Shown: piece after piece, positions 53,042-62,875 of the stretch
How positions within the stretch are numbered: position 1 is the stretch's first letter
Layout: every line of letters begins with the position of its first letter
Virus record (IMG/VR): IMGVR_UViG_3300045988_087374
DNA length: 64,000 bases
DNA from: a virus
Direction: 5' to 3' (one strand)
Made by a program: the position numbers and the translations under genes
The notes under the pieces: generated by a model
The model's database searches: none
The model's input: the letters and a program-made list of their open reading frames with translations, nothing else
What the model was told of the DNA's origin: nothing

Positions 53042-53623
53042 ATGAAAGAATTAATTAGACCTGTTCCAATTGAAATCGTTGATCTTGGAATAGAAACTCA
53101 CGCACAAATTGAGATTGAAGAAATTCTTCTTACATCATTCCCACCAATTCAAAAAACTATTTTAAAATTCAGCACTGAATGTACCGTATTTGATCTTAGA
53201 ACTGAATACTCGATAAAAATAAAAAATGATGATGCAGTGATAAAATGTTATAGGGGGAACACTTTAAACACTTTCATTCAGAAAGACGCAGGTGAAAGAA
53301 CTGTTGCTGAATGGCGCAAGGTTATATCGCGTTCAAAAAACACTCCGGACATTGTTAAAGCTATTGATTCTATAAAAGTGTCTGATGAAGATGTTATTAA
53401 ATCAGTTGCCAGTGATTCAGAAGAACTTCAAAAAACTAAGCCTATGGAACTGGACGAACTTTCGGAAGAAACCAAGTTTAGAATTTATAAATTAATTGTA
53501 AATGAAATTGGAAAGCATTTTTACAATTGCGAGATGCGTATGTCATATAAAGACTTTATACTTGTTGAGGATTGCATCAGAAAAGTTTTGCAAGGAGAAC
53601 AAGATGAACACAAAACGGATTAA
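53042..53623 (+). CDS. hypothetical protein
   Basis: 193-aa ORF. Confidence 0.65.
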   Translation: MKELIRPVPIEIVDLGIETHAQIEIEEILLTSFPPIQKTILKFSTECTVFDLRTEYSIKIKNDDAVIKCYRGNTLNTFIQKDAGERTVAEWRKVISRSKNTPDIVKAIDSIKVSDEDVIKSVASDSEELQKTKPMELDELSEETKFRIYKLIVNEIGKHFYNCEMRMSYKDFILVEDCIRKVLQGEQDEHKTD

Positions 53624-53780
53624 ATGTATTTTGACAGGTGGATGCAAGTTCAAAAGTTCGGATACAGAATCGAAATGTAATGATAAAGAAAAGACTTGCA
53701 CTATTACAGAAACTTGCTACAAATGTGGGAAGAAGTACACTGCTGTATTCACTTACAAACAGTTAGGAATTCCAGATTAG
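53604..53780 (+). CDS. 58-aa Cys-rich protein
   Basis: Start at MNTKRIKC (AAGGAGAACAAG SD). Confidence 0.45.
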   Translation: MNTKRIKCILTGGCKFKSSDTESKCNDKEKTCTITETCYKCGKKYTAVFTYKQLGIPD

Positions 53781-53792
53781 GAGAAATGCTGA

Positions 53793-54002
53793 ATGATAGA
53801 AATATTTGTAATTTTTGCTTTTGTGTTATTTATATTATTTTTAACTACATGGCAATGTGATGAAAAGCATGGCGTTTCGTATTGGACAGCAATGGTAATA
53901 TTCGGAATAATCTTAACCGCTATTGGAGTGGCACTTTCGTATTTTATATACGTAATAGGTTTGGCGTTAATTTCAATATTTTCAAGCGTGTTCATTGGAT
54001 AG
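53793..54002 (+). CDS. 69-aa three-TM membrane protein (holin-like topology)
   Basis: IFVIFAFVLFILFL..., AMVIFGIILTAIGVAL..., VIGLALISIFSSVFI. Not adjacent to the endolysin. Confidence 0.6.
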   Translation: MIEIFVIFAFVLFILFLTTWQCDEKHGVSYWTAMVIFGIILTAIGVALSYFIYVIGLALISIFSSVFIG

Positions 54003-54021
54003 TAAAGAATGGAGTATTTAT

Positions 54022-54621
54022 ATGAAAAAGATACCAACATTATTTGAGCGAGAATTCAAAGATCATAACGTTGTAAAGGTTCTTCCAAAAGTGCATCCGG
54101 GTATGGAATGGGTACTTGAAGGAGAGGGGATTGCAACAGTCAAATACGACGGCTCTTGCTGTGCAGTAATTGACGGAAAATTTTATAAACGATACGACTG
54201 CAAGAAGGGTAAAATACCACCAGAGGGATTTATTCCCTGTTGCGAACCAGATGCGATTACAGGTCATTGGCCGGGATGGTTAAAGGTTGATGAGAATAAT
54301 CCGTCTGACAAATGGTTTGTAGAAGCATATTATGTAACTTCAATGTGGACAAATCAAGGTCTTAAATTGCCGGATGGCACATATGAAGCTTACGGAAAAC
54401 ATTTTCATGGCAATCCGTATAATGATGATTATGATGCCTTGATAAAACATGGCAAAGAAATCGTTGAAGTCGAAAGGACATTTGAGGGGATCAAGAAATA
54501 TCTTTTCGAACACGAAATAGAGGGATTAGTTTTCTGGAAAGACGGAAGCCCACAATGTAAAATCAAGCGTTCAGATTTTGGATTTGAATGGCCAGTAAAG
54601 AAGGCAAGGGAGAGTTTATGA
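54022..54621 (+). CDS. minimal ATP-dependent RNA/DNA ligase-family nucleotidyltransferase
   Basis: Motif I TVKYDGS (KxDG), EGLVFWKDG (motif IV-like), CKIKRSDFG (motif V-like). About 200 aa. Confidence 0.7.
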   Translation: MKKIPTLFEREFKDHNVVKVLPKVHPGMEWVLEGEGIATVKYDGSCCAVIDGKFYKRYDCKKGKIPPEGFIPCCEPDAITGHWPGWLKVDENNPSDKWFVEAYYVTSMWTNQGLKLPDGTYEAYGKHFHGNPYNDDYDALIKHGKEIVEVERTFEGIKKYLFEHEIEGLVFWKDGSPQCKIKRSDFGFEWPVKKARESL

Positions 54622-54884
54622 AGAAAATATTTTTTGCTGCGTTATTATCAATGATGCTGTTTGGATTAACAGCATGTCAATCGACAACAAAGAGTTTGGG
54701 TGGGACAACCACATTAAAATTAAAACCAGGTGTAAAACTGGAAGAAATCACATGGAAAGACGATGATTTGTGGTATCTTACTCGACCAATGAGAGATAAC
54801 GAATCAGCCGAAACACATACATTTGACCAGTCAACTGATTTTGGTTTCGAAGGTCAAGTAATTATTATTGAGAAGAATAAATAA
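54618..54884 (+). CDS. small lipoprotein
   Basis: MKKIFFAALLSMMLFGLTAC lipobox. Confidence 0.7.
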   Translation: MKKIFFAALLSMMLFGLTACQSTTKSLGGTTTLKLKPGVKLEEITWKDDDLWYLTRPMRDNESAETHTFDQSTDFGFEGQVIIIEKNK

Positions 54885-54957
54885 ATAAATCAGTCAGAGA
54901 GCCACATGAGAGCCAGACTAAAACCTAAAATAAGAAGGGAGGTCTGGCTCTATTTTT

Positions 54958-56694
54958 ATGTCAAAAATTACAGAAGGTTCGCTTGAATGGTATCGGGCAA
55001 TTTTAAATCAAATCATTAATGGTGATATGACGGTCTATCAAAACCAAAAAGATTGCTTTGATCTGCTGTTAAATATGAATATTGACCTTCCTTTCAAGGA
55101 TAATCCAGATGCACAGAACATGGCAATGAAAGTCAGTCGGTACGCTCATAATAAAGCTGCGAAAAAGGCAGCAGTTACAGGAAGTGGTTCATTTGACGAT
55201 TTGTACTGGCAGTATTTATTGATGGAAGCACAGAACTATCAGGTTGACAGCGGACTCCTTTACCTTGAAAAGAACCGAATCCCGAAAGAACGATTCTACG
55301 AACCACGAAGAAATGTGTTCTTACAGCATAACATCATAGGTTCACTGCAAGACCTGATGGATGACAAATTAGATATATTTGCATTAAGCGTACCTCCAGG
55401 TTGTGGTAAGAGTACTCTGGAAGATTTCTTTTTATCATTGGTAGGTGGATGGTTCCCGAATGACTTTAACCTGTCTTCGGCACACAGTAGTATTCTGACA
55501 CGTTCCCTTTATGATGGTGTTCTGGAAATTATCAATGATCCCGTAGAATACACGTGGCATGAGATATTCCATAACGTAGAAATTCAAGGAACAAATGCAA
55601 AGGAAACTACAGTCAATCTCGAAAGAAACGGACGATTTAAGACATGGACATTTCGCTCTATTGATGGTTCTTTGACTGGTGCCACTAGATGCAATAGATT
55701 CCTTACTGCCGATGACCTTGTGTCTGGTATTGAAGAAGCTTTGAACAAGAACCGACTTGATACCTTATGGACAAAAGTGGTAAATGACTTGCGTTCCCGT
55801 AGACTTGAGGGATGCAAAGAGTTTTATATTGCCACTAGATGGTCAGTACATGATCCTATCGGAAAGCTGCAACAACTATATGCCGGAAACCCACGGGCAA
55901 GGTTTATTGCAGTGCCGGCTCTTGACGAGAACGGCAAAAGTAATTTTCTGTTTACGGTAAATGGATTCTCTGAGAAATATTTCAATGATGCTAAGGAATC
56001 CATGGATGAAATTTCTTATAACTGCCTTTATCAGCAGCAACCAGTAGAACGTGAAGGATTACTTTTACCACCAGATAAACTTAAAAGGTTCTTCTTTAGT
56101 AAAGACGATGTGCCGGATGGATGCACTGACGAATATGCCATTCTTCCAAAAGAAGAAGCAGATGCGATATGGGCAGTATGCGATACGAAGGATAAAGGAA
56201 CGGACTTCGAGTCTTTACCCATTGCATATCAATATGGAGATAAATTTTTCTTTCCCGACGTGGTATTCGATGATACCACAGACTATGATATTTTGGATAA
56301 AAAGACAGCAGATATTTTGATAAGGCATAATCCGCACAAGATTCGCTTTGAATCAAATAATGTGGGAAATCGTGTCGCTCATAATATTCAAAATATGATT
56401 AAAGGAAAATGTAGGGCAGATATTGAGACGAAGCCGACATCCGCAAATAAAGAAACAAAAATTCTTGTAAATTCTGACTATATAGCAAAACACTTTTATT
56501 TTTTACACCCAAGTCAATACAAAGCCAAGTCTGATTACGGACTATTTATGGCAAATGTAACCACATATACTACCAGAGCGAAAGTACCGCATGATGATGG
56601 CATCGACAGTTTAGCTATGATGGCTGAGTATGTGCAAAATCCGCTTGGTGGAAAAGCAACAGCAACGCATAATCCATTTTGGGGAAGGAGGTAA
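54958..56694 (+). CDS. terL: terminase large subunit
   Basis: 578 aa. Walker A LSVPPGCGKST. Position upstream of the portal. Confidence 0.85.
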   Translation: MSKITEGSLEWYRAILNQIINGDMTVYQNQKDCFDLLLNMNIDLPFKDNPDAQNMAMKVSRYAHNKAAKKAAVTGSGSFDDLYWQYLLMEAQNYQVDSGLLYLEKNRIPKERFYEPRRNVFLQHNIIGSLQDLMDDKLDIFALSVPPGCGKSTLEDFFLSLVGGWFPNDFNLSSAHSSILTRSLYDGVLEIINDPVEYTWHEIFHNVEIQGTNAKETTVNLERNGRFKTWTFRSIDGSLTGATRCNRFLTADDLVSGIEEALNKNRLDTLWTKVVNDLRSRRLEGCKEFYIATRWSVHDPIGKLQQLYAGNPRARFIAVPALDENGKSNFLFTVNGFSEKYFNDAKESMDEISYNCLYQQQPVEREGLLLPPDKLKRFFFSKDDVPDGCTDEYAILPKEEADAIWAVCDTKDKGTDFESLPIAYQYGDKFFFPDVVFDDTTDYDILDKKTADILIRHNPHKIRFESNNVGNRVAHNIQNMIKGKCRADIETKPTSANKETKILVNSDYIAKHFYFLHPSQYKAKSDYGLFMANVTTYTTRAKVPHDDGIDSLAMMAEYVQNPLGGKATATHNPFWGRR

Positions 56695-57121
56695 AATAAG
56701 GAATACAAGGGAATACCTGAATCAAATTCAACGTTACGAGAAAATCATTCACAATAAGTACATAGAGCGAGAACAATTAAGATCCCATGCAACTGGTCTG
56801 AAATCTTTCTGCTACGAATCAGAACGGGTGCAGACATCCGGCAGTCATGACATGATAGGCGATTTGGTGGCAAAGATTGTTGATCTGGAAGCTGAAATCA
56901 TAAGCATTACAAATGAGTACATGGACAAGAGAATGGAAATTATCCACTTAATTGATTCCGTGGAGAGTCCGGTTCTGTACGAGATTCTTTTCAAAAAATA
57001 CATTAAAGGTAAACCACTGGATGTGATCGCTGATGAAATTGGATATTCCTATCAGCGAACCAAGGAGCTACATTTATGTGCTATTGAAACCGTAAAGGAA
57101 CTTGGACGTTTTGATTCCTAA
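56630..57121 (+). CDS. sigma-70 region-4-like phage transcriptional regulator
   Basis: C-terminal GKPLDVIADEIGYSYQRTKELHLCAIETV HTH. The start is uncertain: ATG 56630 overlaps terL by 65 nt and there is no canonical start after the terL stop. Confidence 0.6.
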   Translation: MCKIRLVEKQQQRIIHFGEGGKIRNTREYLNQIQRYEKIIHNKYIEREQLRSHATGLKSFCYESERVQTSGSHDMIGDLVAKIVDLEAEIISITNEYMDKRMEIIHLIDSVESPVLYEILFKKYIKGKPLDVIADEIGYSYQRTKELHLCAIETVKELGRFDS

Positions 57122-57213
57122 AACATCATACTGAAACATACTTAAAAATGTAATATAATGTAAGGTGTAAGAATACATGAAAGCATCGGAGAAAAATCTT
57201 CGGTGCTTTTTTC

Positions 57214-58674
57214 ATGCCTAAAAAGGAGGACGGGGCAGTGGCAAGAAATAAATCAAAGTATATCGACCTCTGCCAAGGTGAATTTGGCAGAAAGGTAGCT
57301 TATACCGGAGTGAGCAGAATTACACCTAATAACGTCTTGAAAGTAATTGCAGATACCATCGGCACTCACAACAGGAACCGGACAATGATTGACTATCTGT
57401 ACAGATATTACAAAGGAGACCAACCAGTCCTGTACAGAGAAAAACAAGTCAGACCGGAAATCAACAATAAAGTATGTGAGAATCATGCACTTGAAGTTGT
57501 ACGTTTTAAGGCATCTCAGACTTATGGTGAACCAATTCAGTTCGTCTGTAAGAAAAAGAATGCAAGTGAAGAAACCAATGCACAGGTGGACTTGTTCAAC
57601 GATTATCTGGACGAAGCCAACGCAGAAGCCAGAAACATTGAGTTAGGAACATATCAAAGTGCTGTGGGAACTGCATACAAGTGTATTCTTCGCGAAGAGG
57701 ACTGGACAAGCGACTCAGATATGCCACCGTTCAGATTATTCATTCCGTATCCTGGAGATTGTTACATCGTATATTCCAGAAATACCGGTAAACCAATGCT
57801 TTCCGTGCAGATACTGAAAGATGAAGAGAATCAGCAGTATTATCAGTGCTATTCAAGGGCACAATACTTTATCATTCAGAACGGTAAAATCACAACTTCG
57901 GGGCTGAATGGTTTTGGAGAAATCCCGATTGTTGAATATCCAAATAACCATGACAGGCTGTCAGATATTGAGATCGCAATAACTATGTTCGATACAATCA
58001 ACGTCATGCAATCAAACCGCATGGACGGAGTTGAACAGTTTGTGCAAGCATTCATGAAATTCAAAAACTGTGAAGTTGATGAAAATGAGTTCCTGAAGAT
58101 GGTGAAACTGGGAGCTATATCCGTAAAAGACACAGGATCCGGTTGCCAGTCAGATGTAGAATTAATGACCGCGGAACTGAACCAGTCCGAAAGCCAAGTT
58201 GCAAAGGACGATATTTACAGCAATATGTTGATTGTTGAGGGGATGCCGGACAGACAGCAGAATACAGGCGGAGATACCGGACAGGCAGTATATCTTCGTA
58301 ATGGTTGGGATTTTGCAGAACGTAGAGCCAAACTTGACGAACCATTTATCCGTGAAGCTGAGAAAATGTCTGCAAGAATCATTCTAAAGATCATACGTAA
58401 TACCACCGGTGATATAAAACTTTCCACCAGAGATTTTGATGTAAAGATTACCAGAAATCCAACAGACAATATGCTTGTTAAAGCACAGGCACTGGATTAT
58501 CTGGTTAAGAACAAGATACATCCGCTCATTGCATTGATTACTTGTGGATTATTTAGTGACCCGCAGAAAGTATACGAAATGAGTTTTCCGTATATGCAAT
58601 CTTTGTACGAGAATCCAGAAGAGGAAGTGCAGAAAGCACAAGCCTTGCTTACTAAGGATGTGGTTACTGAATGA
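57214..58674 (+). CDS. portal protein
   Basis: 486 aa. Position between the terminase and the Mu-F-like head protein. SPP1 gp6-like size and composition. Confidence 0.8.
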   Translation: MPKKEDGAVARNKSKYIDLCQGEFGRKVAYTGVSRITPNNVLKVIADTIGTHNRNRTMIDYLYRYYKGDQPVLYREKQVRPEINNKVCENHALEVVRFKASQTYGEPIQFVCKKKNASEETNAQVDLFNDYLDEANAEARNIELGTYQSAVGTAYKCILREEDWTSDSDMPPFRLFIPYPGDCYIVYSRNTGKPMLSVQILKDEENQQYYQCYSRAQYFIIQNGKITTSGLNGFGEIPIVEYPNNHDRLSDIEIAITMFDTINVMQSNRMDGVEQFVQAFMKFKNCEVDENEFLKMVKLGAISVKDTGSGCQSDVELMTAELNQSESQVAKDDIYSNMLIVEGMPDRQQNTGGDTGQAVYLRNGWDFAERRAKLDEPFIREAEKMSARIILKIIRNTTGDIKLSTRDFDVKITRNPTDNMLVKAQALDYLVKNKIHPLIALITCGLFSDPQKVYEMSFPYMQSLYENPEEEVQKAQALLTKDVVTE

Positions 58675-59306
58675 GTTCGGTAATGAAATTTGACAAAATC
58701 AACGCGTTGGATTCGAACAGGCGGAGTGAGCCGTACAAAGAGTATTTCGACAAAATGTCTATTTCTGATAAGCAAAAGAAACTGAGGATAGCTTTTTCCG
58801 AACAGATGGAAGAAGTTATCCTTTATATTTTATCACTGATAGAAACAATGATCGAAAGCGAATCCATTGACCAGAAATATGTAGAAGATGAGTTGCTTGA
58901 ACGGTACCTTCTGATAGCAGCTACTTATTTTCCCGTAGATGATTACATCACGGATTACGCAAGGCAGTTTGCCCATGAAGTCGTGCGGGCAACTTTTGAC
59001 CATACCGATGAAGAATATTATCTTTCCAAAGACAGGGCAATGTTTATTTCTGAATGTGAAGCCAATACTTCACTCAATTATAAAGAATATACAGATGCAA
59101 TCAAAGCAGGAAAGACCCTCAAGACATGGAAAGATGTCGGGGACAAGAGAGAACGAAAAACACACCTCGAAGTTGGCGGAACGACAATTCCTATCAGGGA
59201 ATTATTTGCAGTTGGTGACAGTCTGATGCTTTTTCCAAAAGACAGCTCAGCCGGAGCCACCTCGAAGGAAATTGTGAACTGTCGCTGTTCAATTGAATAC
59301 AGTTAA
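58671..59306 (+). CDS. minor head protein (Mu F / SPP1 gp7 family)
   Basis: C-terminal ...KEIVNCRCSIEY is typical of the family. Start overlaps the portal stop. Confidence 0.75.
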   Translation: MSSVMKFDKINALDSNRRSEPYKEYFDKMSISDKQKKLRIAFSEQMEEVILYILSLIETMIESESIDQKYVEDELLERYLLIAATYFPVDDYITDYARQFAHEVVRATFDHTDEEYYLSKDRAMFISECEANTSLNYKEYTDAIKAGKTLKTWKDVGDKRERKTHLEVGGTTIPIRELFAVGDSLMLFPKDSSAGATSKEIVNCRCSIEYS

Positions 59307-59310
59307 TTAG

Positions 59311-59335
59311 GAGACGAGAAATCGTCTCTTTTTTA
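59311..59335 (+). terminator. rho-independent terminator
   Basis: GAGACGA-GAAA-TCGTCTC followed by TTTTTT. Confidence 0.8.
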
Positions 59336-59432
59336 TTACACAAAAATAAATGCAACCCGAAAGCGTGAACATGGGAGACACCTTGTGCTGAGCGAACAGC
59401 GTTAAAAAGCGTATTGGTGATAGGAGATTTCA

Positions 59433-60059
59433 ATGACAAGAGAAGATGTTAAAAAAATTTTTCCAGAAGCAACCGACGAGCAGATTACTTCTTTTCTGAA
59501 TCAGTCCAATTCTGATGTGGCTAGAGAAAAAGCAAAAGCCCAGAAGATGAAAGAGGATGCGGAGAAAGCAAAAGCACTGGAAGAAGAACTGGAAGAACTG
59601 AAAAAACAGAACATGAGCGAAGCCGAGAAAGCAGAACTGGAACGCCAGAAAGAAAAGGCAGCAAACGAGAAAAGAATCTCTGATCTCGAATCTGCACTTG
59701 CAACTTCGCAAAGAGAGGCACTCGTAGGAAAGATTACTTCTATTTTTGCTACCGCAGGAATGAAAGGAGATGCCTACACAGGGGCAATCAAAGCGTTTTC
59801 CAACATGAAAGCAGATGATGCTCTCAAAGAAGCACAGGCATTTGTCGATGGAATTTCCGCAGAAAATAAAACCGCTCTTGATACTGCAAAAGCCACATGG
59901 GAGAAAGAAGCCCTCGAAAGAACACCAAATCCGGGCGGCGGAACTGGTGACGGCAAAACAGAAAAGAAGAGTGAAGCATCCGAATATGCAAAAGCGTACT
60001 CAGCAAGAATGAACCCAGAAATCAAACCGGCGGACGATAACACACCGGTAAATATTTAA
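59433..60059 (+). CDS. scaffolding protein
   Basis: Glu/Lys/Ala-rich coiled coil, 208 aa, upstream of the capsid gene. Confidence 0.75.
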   Translation: MTREDVKKIFPEATDEQITSFLNQSNSDVAREKAKAQKMKEDAEKAKALEEELEELKKQNMSEAEKAELERQKEKAANEKRISDLESALATSQREALVGKITSIFATAGMKGDAYTGAIKAFSNMKADDALKEAQAFVDGISAENKTALDTAKATWEKEALERTPNPGGGTGDGKTEKKSEASEYAKAYSARMNPEIKPADDNTPVNI

Positions 60060-60082
60060 TTCAAGTAAAGGAGATTTAGATT

Positions 60083-60427
60083 ATGGCTTTTATGAAAACA
60101 GAGCAGTACGAATCCACCCCAAACATTCTCGAATCTGAGGTTGGACTGGTACTTAAAACTTACACAGCAGATCAGACAAATGCCGAAACCGTTGGAACTA
60201 AGAAAATCATCAAAGCAGGTTCCGTATATCCAACAAATGCAACCGGTGCAAAAGGAATCGTATTTGAAGATGTTGACATGACAGACGATGCAAAGAGACC
60301 AATTTCCGTAATTGTTGCAGGACGTGTTCTTGAAAAGAGACTTCCAGTAACTGTCGATACTACTGCAAAAACAGAACTCGAAAAAGCGGGAATCGTATTC
60401 GTAACCACTACAGATCCAGAATTTTAA
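60083..60427 (+). CDS. head decoration-like protein
   Basis: 114-aa ORF immediately upstream of the E-type capsid gene. AAGGAGA SD. Confidence 0.6.
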   Translation: MAFMKTEQYESTPNILESEVGLVLKTYTADQTNAETVGTKKIIKAGSVYPTNATGAKGIVFEDVDMTDDAKRPISVIVAGRVLEKRLPVTVDTTAKTELEKAGIVFVTTTDPEF

Positions 60428-60440
60428 GGAGGTATAACAG

Positions 60441-61478
60441 ATGCCATTTAATGTATTAGAATCAATTACACAGGAAGAAAGATTTAACTTCTCTCAGGAT
60501 TTCAGCGTAAAAAGACCGGGCATTCTTGATACCATTTTCCCGGATGTCAAAACCCAGTACCTGAAAGCTGAATACTACAGACTTATGGCCGGACAGCGAC
60601 TGCCAGAGGTAGCATTTGTTCATGCACTTGATACCGAGGCAGAGATCGGCTCCAGACCGGGATTCGAAAAAGTGCTGACTGAAAAACTCTTCATCAAGAG
60701 AAAAATCAATCAGTCTGAGAGATTACAGCAGGCAATTGAAAATGGTGTGCCGGACGATGAACGTCTGAAGAGATTTGTATTCGATGATGCAGCCAACCTG
60801 TTCGAAGGCGTTATTGCCAGAGCAAATGTTATGAAAGGCCAGTTCCTTTCTACAGGTGCCGTAAAAGTCAAAGAAAACAATGTAGATCTGAATATTGATT
60901 ACGGCGTACCGACTGGTGCAAAAGTCACTCTTACAGACTGGTCTAGTCCAGATGCGGACATCATGGGTGATATTCAGAAGATGGTTGCAGTTGCAGAGGA
61001 CAACGGTTTTGTTGTAAATAAGGCACTCACATCCCTCAAGATGATTAACTACATGAGAAACAATACTGCTATGCAGACAGCAGTTCTGGGAGCGGCAAAT
61101 AAACGGCTCCTGACAAAACAGGAACTTGTAAACCTCATCATGCAGGAATATGGATTTACCATTGATCGCTGTGATGAGAAATTCAGATACAGAAAAGCAG
61201 ATGGAACACTGAAAACCGGAAGATACTTCAAAGAAGATGTATTTACCCTGTATGAATCCGAAGCAAATGGTTCTTTCGGTACAGGACTCTGGGGCGTTAC
61301 ACCTGAGGAACTTGAATACAGACAGTTCGTTCAGGAAGAAAACCGTTCTTTCGTAACACTGTCCATGTGGGCTACACAGGATCCGGTTGCAGTATGGACA
61401 AAAGCATCCGGTATGTTCGTTCCTGTTGCACCAAAAGCCAACGGAGGTATCGTGATCGGTACCAAAGCGGGGGAATAA
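60441..61478 (+). CDS. major capsid protein (lambda gpE-like family)
   Basis: 345 aa. The N-terminal MPFNVLESITQEERFNFSQDF...YLKAEYYRL and the position fit Phage_cap_E-type capsids. Confidence 0.8.
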   Translation: MPFNVLESITQEERFNFSQDFSVKRPGILDTIFPDVKTQYLKAEYYRLMAGQRLPEVAFVHALDTEAEIGSRPGFEKVLTEKLFIKRKINQSERLQQAIENGVPDDERLKRFVFDDAANLFEGVIARANVMKGQFLSTGAVKVKENNVDLNIDYGVPTGAKVTLTDWSSPDADIMGDIQKMVAVAEDNGFVVNKALTSLKMINYMRNNTAMQTAVLGAANKRLLTKQELVNLIMQEYGFTIDRCDEKFRYRKADGTLKTGRYFKEDVFTLYESEANGSFGTGLWGVTPEELEYRQFVQEENRSFVTLSMWATQDPVAVWTKASGMFVPVAPKANGGIVIGTKAGE

Positions 61479-61574
61479 GCGGGCATAGTCTTGAAAAAGA
61501 CAGCCAGTCACCATCTGTAGCGAGTGCAGATGATACATCAACACACAAGTATACAGAAAGCGAGTTGTCCAACA

Positions 61575-61678
61575 TGACAGTGGTTCAGTTGAGACAGCTT
61601 GCGAGTGGCAACGGCTATGCCCTGTCCGCAACAAACAAGGCTGGTATTATCACGGAAATCCTGTCTCAGCAAGGGTAG
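61575..61678 (+). CDS. Rho-N/SAP-like domain protein, start unresolved
   Basis: MTVVQLRQLASGNGYALSATNKAGIITEILSQQG. The same frame is open and coding-like back to 61466 but lacks a start codon (see finding). Confidence 0.45.
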
Positions 61679-61688
61679 GTGATTATGA

Positions 61689-62015
61689 ATGAACGAAGAA
61701 CTTGTAAATGATCTGACGGTTTATTTAGCTGATGAAGCAGATTCGCCCGAGATAATTCTCTTTTCTGTGAAGCGTGCAATTCGTTCATTCAAGAAGAAAA
61801 GAAATTATCCGTCAAGTTATACAGAGGAAAAAATAAACAGCGATATGGAAAGCTGCTATGATTGCATCTTCGATTTGGCTCTTTACTTTCTGGCAAAGCA
61901 GGGGGCTGAATTTCAATCATCCCATTCTGAATCATCCGTAAACAGAGGATGGAATTCAGAGACGGATATATTTGTCAATCATGGCGTTTTTCCATTTGCA
62001 AGCGGTTTAGGTTGA
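61689..62015 (+). CDS. head-tail connector (gp6-like) protein
   Basis: 108 aa. LTVYLADEADSPEIILFSVKRAIRSFKKKRNYP is typical of gp6-like adaptors. Confidence 0.7.
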   Translation: MNEELVNDLTVYLADEADSPEIILFSVKRAIRSFKKKRNYPSSYTEEKINSDMESCYDCIFDLALYFLAKQGAEFQSSHSESSVNRGWNSETDIFVNHGVFPFASGLG

Positions 62016-62127
62016 ATAGATGGGACGGAACGTAACTCGCTCTTCCTCCCGGCGGGTTGCAGGGTTGCTCTTTTAAAGCAGGGAATGAGCAAAAAATCTG
62101 ATAGGGAGAGAAAGAAAGGAACTGGCG

Positions 62128-62433
62128 ATGGGATGTGAACATGAATGTTTTAATGAACACCGCTTCGAAGAAATTGAAAAAAGTATTCATGATATGCAGG
62201 AAAAGCAGTCTGAAAGGCACAAAGAATTTTATTCAAGAATTAATAAGCTCGAACAGCAGACCGCCCTGTATAGCAATGACTTAGATCATATCAAAGAAAC
62301 AGTCGATGAGATGAACAACAATTTAAAAATCCTCATGGCAGTCCCCAGCAAACGTTATGACACCATTATTGTGTGTGTTATTACTACCGTTGTTGGAGCG
62401 ATTGTGGGTTTTGCACTAAGCGGTATTTTTTAA
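62128..62433 (+). CDS. XhlA-like coiled-coil protein with a C-terminal TM anchor
   Basis: CFNEHRFEEIEKSIHDMQEK...a coiled coil, then IIVCVITTVVGAIVGFALSGIF. Confidence 0.65.
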   Translation: MGCEHECFNEHRFEEIEKSIHDMQEKQSERHKEFYSRINKLEQQTALYSNDLDHIKETVDEMNNNLKILMAVPSKRYDTIIVCVITTVVGAIVGFALSGIF

Positions 62434-62463
62434 CTTCCACTTGTAAGGGAGGATGGTGGAGTT

Positions 62464-62676
62464 ATGGATTATAAGGATTTTACTGAAAGCGAAAGAAAAT
62501 TTTATCTGCAAGAAGCAGGTTTTAACAGTCGCGAAGAAAAATTATTCCGATTACGGGTTTATGGCGAGAAAACACTGTGGGAAGCATCTGAACTGATGGG
62601 GTACAGTCCAAGAACCATAGACCGGATTAACAATCGAATAAAGAAGAAAATAACAAAGGTTGCCCCGATGTATTAA
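62464..62676 (+). CDS. sigma-70 region-4 / LuxR-type HTH protein
   Basis: LFRLRVYGEKTLWEASELMGYSPRTIDRINNRIKKKI. A terminator hairpin overlaps the stop. Confidence 0.65.
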   Translation: MDYKDFTESERKFYLQEAGFNSREEKLFRLRVYGEKTLWEASELMGYSPRTIDRINNRIKKKITKVAPMY

Positions 62677-62875
62677 GTCGGGGTTTTTCTTTGTATTATG
62701 GCGAAAACGTGGCGAAATAGTGACGTTCAAAAACAGAGTTCCTTCCTATATAATATAATCATAGGAGAAAACACAATGATTATGTTAAGAAACCCTTACG
62801 AGGGTATATGGGAAAAGCATCGTTCCATAGATGATATGGACATGATTCTGGAATCCCGAACAGGAGGAATAGATT

